Assembly: GCA_950097015.1 (NCBI GenBank)
Contig: CATNEN010000007.1
Coordinates: forward strand, 11,594,001 to 11,658,000
DNA length: 64,000 nucleotides
Source: Macrostomum hystrix
Taxonomy: Eukaryota; Animalia; Platyhelminthes
Reading direction: 5' to 3'
Positions 1-11,500 of this stretch are shown piece after piece (position 1 is the first letter of the stretch; every line of letters begins with the position of its first letter). The notes below the pieces were generated by a model. That model had not been told where the DNA came from, made no database searches, and was given only the letters and a program-made list of their open reading frames with translations. Made by a program: the position numbers and the translations under genes.

Positions 1-332
1 TGATTAGGATGGAAAAGAACCGGATTTTGCTTCTTTGCCAAAAAAGAAAACAAAAAATTTTGCTGTACAGGTACTATTCATTGTTACTTTTTTATGCTAT
101 GATGGTAAAAGTGCACTTAGGGCTGAGTGTGGGCACTGGCTCAACATTTGGCGACAGTAGACCAGCAGCCCTGAGCACACACGCAATCATAATACCATTG
201 AGTCCTAAGTCCCCAAGAGTGTCCTAGCTCCTGGCTCCTAGAGTTTCTGTGCCATAGAATCAAGAGTAGACTTACAGAGCTGGGATGTGAACTTGGGAGA
301 GCTCATTAAGGTCCGTAGTGTGCCATCGAATT

Positions 333-875
333 AGGAGTGATTTCTTGGAGCCAGGTGCTAGGAGTTGGTCTGTAGGAGTGATTTCTTGGAGCCAGGTGCT
401 AGGAGTTGGTCAGTAGGAGTGATTTCTCGGAGCCAGGTGCTAGGAGTTGGTCATTAGCAGTGATTTCTTGGAGCCAGGTGCTAGGAGTTGGTCATTAGCA
501 GTGATTTCTTGGAGCCAGGTGCTAGGAGTTGGTCATTAGCAGTGATTTCTCGGAGCCAGGTGCTAGGAGTTGGTCAGTAGGAGTGATTTCTGGGAGCCAG
601 GCGCTAGGAGTTGGTCAGTAGGAGTGATTTCTTGGAGCCAGGTGCTAGGAGTTGGTCAGTAGGAGTGATTTCTTGGAGCCAGGTGCTAGGAGTTGGTCAG
701 TAGGAGTGATTTCTCGGAGCCAGGTGCTAGGAGTTGGTCATTAGCAGTGATTTCTTGGAGCCAGGTGCTAGGAGTTGGTCAGTAGGAGTGATTTCTCGGA
801 GCCAGGTGCTAGGAGTTGGTCATTAGCAGTGATTTCTTGGAGCCAGGTGCTAGGAGTTGGTCAGTAGGAGTGATT
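333..875. repeat. 41-bp minisatellite, ~13 copies
   Basis: Unit aggagtgatttcttggagccaggtgctaggagttggtcagt, period 41 (333, 374, ...). Confidence 0.95.
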
Positions 876-1094
876 CCTAAAAGTGCTATAGAAGGAGCGA
901 AATTCACTCCTTCCTCTTAGCTTGTAGTCAAGAGTTCAAGGGCCGAATTGGGCTCTTCAAAATCGGTTTCTAACTCCTAAAGTAAAGTTTTTCGAAGCGA
1001 TCTCTATCGATGAATCGACGACAATGAACTTTCAAAGAGAAAGTTTAACTCTTTCCTCAGTTCCATCTCGATGCTGCTTTTGTGCTCGTCACAA

Positions 1095-1255
1095 GTTTTT
1101 ACCCCAGCTGCCGCTGGTACCCATTTTACGGCTGGGTGAACTGAAGCACTCGGGATTCAAGTCAATTGCTGAAGGACATTGCTTCCCTTGGAATGAAATT
1201 CGAACTCCTGACCTCAGGGTTGGAGGTCCAAAGCGGTAACGTAACCAGCTCCCTC
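1095..1255 (-). mobile_element. tRNA-derived CORE-type SINE, degenerate copy
   Basis: Minus strand has a B-box-like gttcgaat followed by tgtccttcagcaattgacttgaatcccgagtgcttcagttcacccagccgtaaaatgggtacc, which resembles the MIR/CORE domain. Related copies at ~42905-43112 and ~55465-55605. Confidence 0.65.
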
Positions 1256-2701
1256 TGTTGTAAGCATCTGCCTTAAGGCTGCACTTTTGCCAGCCGACAC
1301 CGCAAATCATTGCTTTTTCTATCAAACACGCCTTCAAAGGCAACCTACTTTCGAGGCTCGAAGCAAGTTATTTTGATGTCAACACATTTTGTACTTTTAT
1401 TGGTTCATTCAGACTCTAACAGGGAACGTTGAGTGGAGACAACTCAATCGCCTGATCACAATTACGAGTATCAGCTCTTGCTGGCGACAGTCATTTGAGT
1501 AGATTTCGACCATGTAAGGCTTTCCCGTGTGTTGAGCTGTTTATTTTTTGCTACTAGACACACCAACACCTGATTCTCAGCTCAATGGGAGGTATTCGCA
1601 GAACTGTTTCTATGACAATCAGATGACTGCCTTTTATGCAAATATTCAGTTTTTAATGGCGTTTTCACCTGTGCGCATGCTGAGTTCCCACCATTAGGGA
1701 CCACTTTAATTTACAATGTAACTTTAGGCTTCAATCGAGAGCCATTGAAAACTCTGGAAATTTCCCAGAGCCAATTGGCAAGCCTCTCTGTCCGCAAAAA
1801 ACAGAGTCTGTAATCTACAACGAAAGAATGACAAAAATGCATGTCAAACTCCTCAGTTTTACTGAGACTAATAGACAATTTCAAATGCAGCCGTTTTATA
1901 CTACTGCAAATCAGTAGCGAGCCCGAAGTTTAGCTTGCAAATCAGTGTGTATTTGTTATAGTCAGCAATGTACACTCCATGCTGGCAGAAAAAGCTGCTT
2001 GGCCAGGCGAGGGACCCGCACGACAGCTGGTTTTCACAGCGCATTACTACGTACAGAGGCAGAGAACTGGCCTCACAAAGCCCTGACCAGCAGCAGTTGA
2101 GGCCATTGTCCGAGGCTGATCATAAAAACTTAACGACTATGGACTCTTGGGGTTTCTTAAATTTCAAGGTCTCAGCAATGACCGTTTAGTCTAGCCTGAA
2201 AGGCAGGAAAACTTTGCTAGGCGAAGTTTCGCATTGAACAAATGGATTGTTGGCAAAGGACCCTGAGAAAGAAAATTTCCAATTTTATGCCCAGCCACTC
2301 TGCCTTGCTGAGGCCGTAGGAGATGCGGCAGCGTAGGAAGAAAGAACCATGCAGGACTCTCACGACAGCATTCAAGAAGATTAATTGTTTAATACAAATG
2401 TATAAGCTGAAAGTCGCAAAGCTCAAAATAAATAAATAAATATTCAGTAAAACTAGAATGCTACCAGACGGGAGTTTTTACAGCAACATCATCTAATAAT
2501 AAAAGTATGCAGAATGGTTTCGTACACTTGACAGCTCTTTAGAATAGAAACGCAAAGACACTGGGAAAACTCCTGGCATAAAAAAGTCCGGTTTGGCTTT
2601 GCGGGGGCTGCACGGTTAGTTTTTCACACTCGCAGCAGGTAGCCGGATTTCTTCCTAGAAAGCAAATTTGAAATTTGAAATTAAGGTTTCGAATAATCTG
2701 C

Positions 2702-2976
2702 CAATAATAACAATAATAACAATAATAATAGTAACAATAATAATTGCAGGAGGGCTGCGGGCAAAAACACATCATTTGGTGACACTAGACCCGCAGCCAG
2801 CGAGGATGTGATTTTGTCAGTTCCTCTGACTCCTGAGCGCACGTTCAAACAGATGTGCGTAACAGCCCCCGAACTTTCTCTCCGCGGCTGCGCCCCAAAT
2901 TAATGTGGTGTGAGCCGCTGAATCGAACTTAGGGACCTTGGTGCGAGAGGCACACGCATTAACCACTCTGGCACTT
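2702..2976 (-). mobile_element. tRNA-derived SINE (family B) with (TTA/TTG)n tail
   Basis: Minus-strand head has A box tgccagagtgg and B box gttcgattc. Body shared with 37255-37620 (taattgcaggagggctg...ggtgacactagacccgcagccagcgagg...ctccgcggctgcgccc) and 22121-22235. Simple-repeat tail at 2702-2745. Confidence 0.75.
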
Positions 2977-3131
2977 ACTCCTATGAAAAATCAATCATTG
3001 GTGCTTGGTTATTAAACTGGGATATTATATAAACTCGGACTTGGACTCCACACTATCTCGACCCCCATCTGTGTTGCCTGACATCAAAGCGAACTTCGTG
3101 GCTCGTATTTACAAGACCATCGGGTCTCGTC

Positions 3132-5151
3132 TCACCGTGTCAACAGCGACTTCTGCGGCGACGCTGGCGGATGCGGCCTGCCGCGGTGCTGCGCCGGCTC
3201 CTGGGCTGAGCGCTGCGGCGAGGCAGGCGGCAGCTGCTGCGGCTGGCTCAGCGCCGGCAGGCTAGCGCTGCGGGGCAGCCGGTCCTGCCTAGAAGCCGCC
3301 AGCTGCTGGTGCGAGAAGCTGGCGCCGTGCTTCACCTTCGAGGATTTGTGAGACAGCAGCTAGATACTCGTAAGTGTTCTACTCCAGGTGCCAAGCCCTG
3401 TCCCCCCGGGAGTTGTTGCTAGCTAGCACAAACTTTAAAGTCGATATTCGCCAGCTTCGACTGTGCTCACCAGTTTGGAGAATTTCTCAATCTCTGCTCT
3501 CATCTCATCGTACGGCTGGCTGTTTGGAAACACGGTCATGCCCTGAAAGTATGAGTTGGTCAAGTGAGCTGAGCTACTGTGAGCATGCTACTCATGAAGC
3601 CAAGGATCCAATTGATGCTCACCTTCCACGGCAAAGGCTCGAAGCTGTGCGGATTCTTGCTGACGGCCAGGCCGACCTTCACCTGCTTGAGTGTGTGCCA
3701 GTGCCGCTGGTAGGCAGCCTTGTACTCCATGATCAGGTCCGTGAGAGTCTGCGTGAATGCCGGCAGAACTGGACAACAGATCTGATTCCCTGGGCATCCA
3801 ACTATCATTATCCTTCTGCGCCTCATATAGCTCAAGCATTTAAACCTCTCACACCCCGCCCACCCACCCACTCACCCACTCACTCACTCACTCACTCACT
3901 CACTCACTCACTCACTCACTCACTCACTCACTCACTCACTCACTCACTCACTCACTCACTCACTCACTCACTCACTCACTCACTAACTCACTCACTCACT
4001 GAGTCGATCCTTTCTAAGAACACCTCCGAGTATGAAATTGTCGAATGAGAACAGTGATAACTAGTTTATGGCTTTAGACCTTACCTTGAAAATCAGCGGC
4101 TTGTACATCAGATCGTCCCGTCGGCTGATTCCAAGAGCGCCGAACATTCCTTTACTGTAAAGGCCCAGCACAACGTGCCGATGTACATGGCCGTTAAAGG
4201 CTGACTTGAAGCCTATTGCGAAACGGGTTAAGTCTTCAATCTTGTTGGTCAGGTATCTGAAATAGTGCATGCCATAGTTTACTACGAGCCTCGTACCTCG
4301 TAATTAAGTAATCCCAGTACCTTAAAGAAAGATCGAATGACTCACATCCCGAGGACAACAGCTTCGAGACACTTTATTGGCAGCGACTCTTTTATCATCT
4401 GCTTAGCATCTTCCATTAGCCTGCAAAATGAAGCGACAACACAGTTCGTCTTCTTGCGTTGCAGAAAACTCAACAGTAAGAGTGTATAAATATTTTTACT
4501 GCCGATTTAATTACCCTGAAAATGAGCGATACTTCTTTATCTCGAAAAACTGTGTCCCGGTATGATTGTATCTAAAAATATATGCAACAATAATTTTAAT
4601 TAACAAAGTCAACTGTTGGGTGAATTGACACATATTGGTATTGTACGAGTATATAATTGTTTTGCGTTCTGAACCAGAAAATGGAATGCATTATTCTCAC
4701 GTACTGCAATTCAGCGAAGTACTTTTGAATTGCCAATATCTTTGATGCTGTCGACGATCCAGTAGGGAAAGTAAGAGGAGGGACAGGAATTTTAGCCTAA
4801 AATTTAGAGCAAAAGTTTTTTTTAACGATTAAACATGAATTGCTACTTTGATAGCGATATGCACTGTTCCACAAAGTTTATTACAAATTTTAAAATGGTT
4901 GCGTGCAGAAAGAAAATTTTGACCAAAATTGATAGAGTGCTTGTTTTTTTAATTATAATATCTCAGAACATTATCAAACTCACTTCAGCCAGATCATGAG
5001 CTGGTGTGGCTCTTATGCTTCTTATCTTTTCTTTCGCTTTTGGTTGCTGATACTCTGCGAATCTCCACATGTTGCTCCATGTACCATCGTCGATCGGAAA
5101 ACCATTTTTGTTTGTTAGAAACAACGTCGTCTCGTCGAATTCTGCGTTCAT
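3132..5151 (-). CDS. VASH: Vasohibin (tubulinyl-Tyr carboxypeptidase), ~8 coding exons
   Basis: Exons 5151-4984, 4796-4705, 4571-4515, 4420-4346, 4256-4085, 3748-3623, 3542-3471, probably 3335-3132, with GT..AG introns and compatible phases. Encodes NKNGFPIDDGTWSNMW, ELQYNHTGTQFFEIKK, ESLPIKCLEAVVLG (catalytic Cys), HRHVVLG (His), GALGISRRDDLMYKP and AYQRHWHTLKQVKVG. Last exon less certain. Confidence 0.92.
3865..4000. repeat. (TCAC)n microsatellite in vasohibin intron
   Basis: Direct reading of the sequence. Confidence 0.95.
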
Positions 5152-5529
5152 TACTAAATTGAAAAGTAAAAAACGACCGTTTGCATCACGATCACTGTAT
5201 CTGCATCCTAATTAAAAAATAGTATTAAAAAGAACCCAAATGGCAATACTGAATTGTCTAAGGACGCGCCAAATGTCTCCCTTATTAGCTAACAAAAGAG
5301 ACACCAGTGCTGTTTTATATACATATTTTCTTAGATAAAGATTATTTCTTTCCAAAAAAAATTAAGGGCTGTATAAATATTCGACAACATTTGTTGTACT
5401 GCGAAGCTTGTTTATAGTCGCACGTTTTAAAGTATTCCTTTTCTTGTAATATTTTATCATCCTGTGCCGAGACGACGCCTTTCCGTTTAGTGCCTAGTGT
5501 TGATGCCGGTTGAATAAATATATTTTACT
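5152..5529. promoter_or_regulatory. Probable bidirectional promoter/5' UTRs of vasohibin and alpha-actinin
   Basis: Divergent start codons at 5151 (-) and 5530 (+), under 400 bp apart. Confidence 0.6.
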
Positions 5530-8500
5530 ATGGCTAAATCAGGACAAAATTACAACAGTAATAATGGTTCCTCGTATAAAAATGGCCCTGGATACTACGA
5601 TGCCGAAGAGGAAGAGGAGGAAGAGTGGAACAGGGAAGACTTTCTTGACCCTGCTTGGGAAATCCAACAGAAAAAGGTAAAGTAAAACTTTCGACTGCTT
5701 TCTATAGTTTATAATACATTTTGTATATTTCTTCTTTACTTAATTTGATAAGTCTATGTGTATAATTAATTTATTCCTTTTTTAGTTTGTATAGCCCAGA
5801 TATCCTTATTTACATTAAAAGGGACAGACTAATAGAAATGTAAAATAAAATTTAGTAAAACTGTAAAGCAAGATTAAGTTTCCTGAGGTTGCCATTTTAA
5901 TTTCTATCAGCTAATTATCTAGCTTATTAGTAAAAAAACAACTACACTATATTTTTTAGATTGAAAGGTTTTAATATTTTTATGCCTCTGTCCTAATAGT
6001 CCATGAGTGGTATATTAATTTTTTAATGGCTAGAAAACTTATTTTTTTAAGCTTTATGTTTCGCTTAGTAGCTAGTTCTAAAAAAATATTCTTTTTAAAC
6101 AATTGTACTTGTTATAACTACTTTGACAGTTATAAATTATATATCAGTTAGTCATATCTTAGCCCTAGTCGCTTCTGTATGGCATGATCCATTGTTGAGG
6201 CTTTTAGTGATGAATTGTTAGTTTATATGGTATTTTAAATATGAGAAAGTTTCTATTAACTTAAGTATTCTAAACATTTGGATATAAACATAGCATTTGG
6301 ATGGCCTCTAATAGTGACTAGAATGCAGCACAAGCAAAACTATTATTGCTAATAAAAATAAAGCTATTTAGTATGGGCATTGCTGTGATGTATTAAAGCC
6401 CATTAGAAATTCTATGTTACCCAGCAACAAACCCCATTGCAACAGACATTCACAGCCTGGATCAACTCGTTTCTGCGCAAGGCCGACACCTCCATCGATG
6501 ACATCACCCAGGACCTGTGCTCCGGCCTGAAGCTGATGCTGCTGCTGGAGGTGATCTCCGGCGAGGCGCTGCCCAAGCCAGAGCGCGGACGGATGCGCTT
6601 TCACAAGATCAACAATGTCAACAAGGCGCTAGAGTTCATCGAACGCAAGGGCGTCCAGCTGGTGTCCATCGGCGCCGAGGGTGAATGGGGCGGCTCGGGC
6701 TGAGGACATTGTTCTTATCTGGGGCTGCGATCTTTTACCGCTTATATCTGGGGCAGATTTTGAAATATAACTGTAGAAGGAGGTGAGATTTTGAACCCCT
6801 CCTTTAGGCTTAGTTGAGATTTTGAACCCCTACTTTGGAAGGAGGAGAGATTTTGAACTGAAAAATATTTCCCTTGCAGAAATCGTCGACGGCAACGTGA
6901 AGATGACCCTGGGCATGATCTGGACCATCATTCTGCGTTTCGCCATCCAGGACATCACGGTGGAGGGTAGGTGGCAGGGCCTTCATGCTTTGAGCAGCTG
7001 AATCGGACACCAATTGTTCCGTGAGCTGAACACCAATCTATCCGGCCATCCATTTCAGAGATGACCGCCAAGGAGGGGCTGCTGCTGTGGTGCCAGCGCA
7101 AGACCGCACCCTACAAGAATGTCAACGTGCAGAACTTTCACATGAGGTGAGGCTGGGCGCACAAGGAGATTGGGGATGGCTTCTCGCTGAGTTCTGGGCA
7201 CCTGCCCCGACTGTCTCAGTGGCGCGGCTCTGTTGTTTGTTTTATTTAATAAGCCGGAAAAAACTCCCGCCTCGACAATCCCAGCTGGAAGGACGGCCTG
7301 GCCTTCTGCGCTCTGATTCACCGGCACAGGCCGGAGCTGCTGGACTATTCCAAGCTTTCGCGGGTACAGTGCCGCTTGCCAGTGTATTGAGTGCTGCGCC
7401 ACTTGGCTTATCACTGTCACATTAACCACTCATGAGCTGTGCATTGCATGATCCGTGTGTGAGCTTGATGTTTCCTAGCTCAATATGAGCACTGCTTGTT
7501 GCTGAGACTTTGTGGCTCGTTGCCGTTCGGACTTGAAGCGTGGAGAGAGATACTGACAATGGACAGTTCAGGTTCGGGATGTTCTCCCGGAAGGACCCTA
7601 GTGGTGCAGGTTAAGGACCGAAAGAACTCTAGTGGTGCAGGTTAAGGACCCGAAGAACTCTAGTGGTGCAGGTTAAGGACCGGAACAGCCCAGGTGGTGC
7701 TGGTTAAGGACCGGAACAGCCCAGGTGGTGCTGGTTAAGGACCGGAACAGCCCAGGTGGTGCTGGTTAAGGACCGGAACAGCCCAGGTGGTGCTGGTTAA
7801 GGACCGGAACAGCCCAGGTGGTGCTGGTTGAGGACCGGAACAGCCCAGGTGGTGCTGGTTGAGGACCGGAACAGCCCAGGTGGTGCTGGTTGAGGACCGG
7901 AACAGCCCAGGTGGTGCTGGTTGAGGACCGGAACAGCCCAGGTGGTGCTGGTTGAGGACCGGAACAGCCCAGGTGGTGCTGGTTGAGGACCGGAACAGCC
8001 CAGGTGGTGCTGGTTGAGGACCGGAACAGCCCAGGTGGTGCTGGTTGAGGACCGGAACAGCCCAGGTGGTGCTGGTTGAGGACCGGAACAGCCCAGGTGG
8101 TGCTGGTTGAGGACCGGAACAGCCCAGTTGGTGCTGGTTAAGGACCGGAACAGCCCAGGTGGTGCTGGTTAAGGACCGGAACAGCCCAGGTGGTGCTGGT
8201 TGAGGACCGGAACAGCCCAGGTGGTGCTGGTTAAGGACCGGAACAGCCCAGGTGGTGCTGGCTGTTTATCTAGCCCTGGCTGCGTGTCCCAATATTGCAA
8301 GCATTTTTCTGTCGTCGCTTTGAATCTACTCACCAGTTTTATTTGAGCAAGCTTAAATCCAGTCAGTTTAGCTGCATGTGCAGTCCTTGCCTCCGCTGCT
8401 CCCTATTTGTACATCCGCCGGACTCATCCCTCCGAACCATTGCAGCTTCCAGGACGGCCTGGCCTTCTGTGCGCTCATTCACAGGCACAGACCGGAGCTC

Positions 8501-11500
8501 ATTGACTATGACAAGCTCAGCAAAGTGAGTCCGATTTTGGTGGCCCTGACCCGCTAGCCCTGACCCCGACTCAAATAACCTTTTATTTATTGGCTGCATA
8601 CTTTTATTAACAAGAGTTGATGTGGTTACTAACGTGTTAATATTTAAATATTGAGACATGTCTTTCTTGTTAGCGAATTCTAACAATCATTTCGAAACCA
8701 ATCAAAGAATACTGAAACCTATCAGTTACTTAAAGAAAAAATATTCTTAAACATAATCTACTCGTTATTATCAATAACAAGGGCTCTCTACCATTGATTT
8801 AAAAAAACCAGAGGACAACAAAAAATAGAATTTTTCTGCAGGACAACCCACTGGAGAACCTGAACCTGGCTTTCGATGTGGCCGAGAAGCACCTGGACAT
8901 CCCCAGGATGTTGGATCCCGAAGGTGAGCTGCTGTTGGGGATAACACTTTTGACAATGTCCACTCTCCAGCTCCCATGTGTCCAGTCTCCAGCTCCCATG
9001 TTTCCAGTCTCCAGCTCCCATGTGACCAGTCTCCAGCTCCCATGTGTCCACTCTCCAGCTCCCATGTGTCCAGTCTCCAGCTCCCATGTGTCCAGTCTCC
9101 AGCTCCCATGTGTCCAGACTCCAGCTCCCATGTGTCCAGTCTCCAGCTCCCATGTGTCCAGTCTCCAGTTGGCACAGACACTCCCTCCCCACCCCGCAGA
9201 CATGGTGAACAACGTGAAGCCGGACGAGCGCTCGGTGATGACGTACGTGTCGGCCTATTACCACGCGTTCTCGGGCGCCCAGAAGGCGGAGACCGCCGCC
9301 AACCGGATCTGCAAGGTGCTCCGCGTCAACCAGGAGAACGAGAAGCTCATGGACCTGTACGAGCGACTGTCCAGCGACCTGCTGGCATGGATCAGGCGCA
9401 CGCGGCCCATCCTGGAGGACCGCAGCACTGACAACACGCTTGACGGTGTGCGGGACCGCCTCAACCAGTTCCGCGACTACCGCCGGGCTGAGAAGCCGCC
9501 AAAGCTGGAGGAGAAGGCCCTGCTGGAGACCACCTTCAACACGCTGCAGACCCGTCTGCGCCTCAGCAACCGGCCCGCCTACCTGCCCACCGAGGGCAAG
9601 CTCGTCTCCGACATTGCCAACGCCTGGAAGGGGCTGGAGAAGGCCGAGAAGGGCTTTGAGGAATGGATGCTGGCCGAGATGCAGCGGCTGCACAGGTGAG
9701 GAGGCAGCTCAGGCTGGGATTGGCGGATGGTTATGTGAGGAGGCAGCTCAGGCTGGGGTTGCAAATGTAGGTGTGTAGGTGGGGTTTCTCTCGAGTGAGC
9801 AGTGCCTGACTGAGCAGTTATGTCACTGTCCGCAGGCTGGAGCACCTGTACAAGAAGTTCGTGCTGAAATGCGGCAACCACGAGGCCTGGATGGAGGGCA
9901 AGGAGGCCCAGCAGCAGTCGCAGGACTTCAAATCGTGCAAGCTAAACGACCTGAAGGCCATGATGAACAAGCAGGTGGCTTTCGAGGCAGATCTAGGCGC
10001 TCACCAGGAGCGGGTGGAACAGATCTGCAAGATTGCCGAGGACCTCAACAGCCTGGGCTACCATGACCTGGACTCCGTCAACTTTCGCTGCCAGGCCATC
10101 TGCGGCGCCTGGGACAGGCTGGGTGTTCTCAGCACAGCCAGGTAACGGAACTCGAATCCACACCGGAGAAAATGGCATGTTTATCATAACAGGGACAGAT
10201 TGAAGTTTTCAAAAAGATGTTTCCTAGAAAGGATGTTTGCTTCCAACTAATCGTATAAACGAGAAACTTATCCTAGAAAAAGGATATGTTTCCTAGAAAC
10301 GAGGAATGTTTACTATTGACGATTGCCAGGAACATGCTACGTTTCCTTTTTCATGGACACTTCCTATAAACTAGGAGTGTTTACTAGAAACGTGGGACGC
10401 TTCCTATAAACTAGGAGTGTTTACTAGAAACGTGGGACGCTTCCTATAAACTAGGAGTGTTTACTAGAAACGTGGGACGCTTCCTATAAACTAGGAGTGT
10501 TTACTAGAAACGTGGGACGCTTCCAATAAACTAGGAGTGTTCACTAGAAACGTGGGACGCTTCCAATAAACTAGGACTGTTTACTAGAAACGCGGGACGC
10601 TTCCTATAAACTAGGACTGTTCACTAGAAACGTGGGACGCTTCCAATAAACTAGGAGTGTTTACTAGAAACGTGGGACGCTTCCTATAAACTAGGAGTGT
10701 TTACTAGAAACGTGGGACGCTTCCAATAAACTAGGAGTGTTTACTAGAAACGTGGGACGCTTCCTATAAACTAGGAGTGTTTACTAGAAACGTGGGACGC
10801 TTCCTATAAACTAGGAGTGTTTACTAGAAACGTGGGACGCTTCCTATAAACTAGGAGTGTTTACTAGAAACGTGGGACGCTTCCTATAAACTAGGACTGT
10901 TTACTAGAAACGTGGGACGCTTCCAATAAACTAGGAGTGTTCACTAGAAACGTGGGACGCTTCCAATAAACTAGGAGTGTTTACTAGAAACGTGGGACGC
11001 TTCCTATAAACTAGGAGTGTTTACTAGAAACGTGGGACGCTTCCAATAAACTAGGAGTGTTTACTAGAAACGTGGGACGCTTCCAAAAAACTAGGAGTGT
11101 TTACTAGAAACGTGGGACGCTTCCAATAAACTAGGGGTGTTTACTAGAAACGTGGGACGCTTCCAATAAACTAGGACTGTTTACTAGAAACGCGGGACGC
11201 TTCCTATAAACTAGGACTGTTCACTAGAAACGTGGGACGCTTCCAATAAACTAGGAGTGTTTACTAGAAACGTGGGACGCTTCCAATAAACTAGGAGTGT
11301 TTACTAGAAACGTGGGACGCTTCCAATAAACTAGGAGTGTGTACTAGAAACGTGGGACGCTTCCAATAAACTAGGAGTGTGTACTAGAAACGTGGGACGC
11401 TTCCAATAAACTAGGAGTGTTTACTAGAAACGTGGGACGCTTCCAATAAACTAGGAGTGTTTACTAGAAACGTGGGACGCTTCCAATAAACTAGGAGTGT

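Noticed and set aside
2990-3090. Extra terminal vasohibin exon ending SLYNIPV* (resembling vertebrate GYQIRV*)
   Set aside because: The available donor and acceptor phases did not join it in frame. Needs transcript data.
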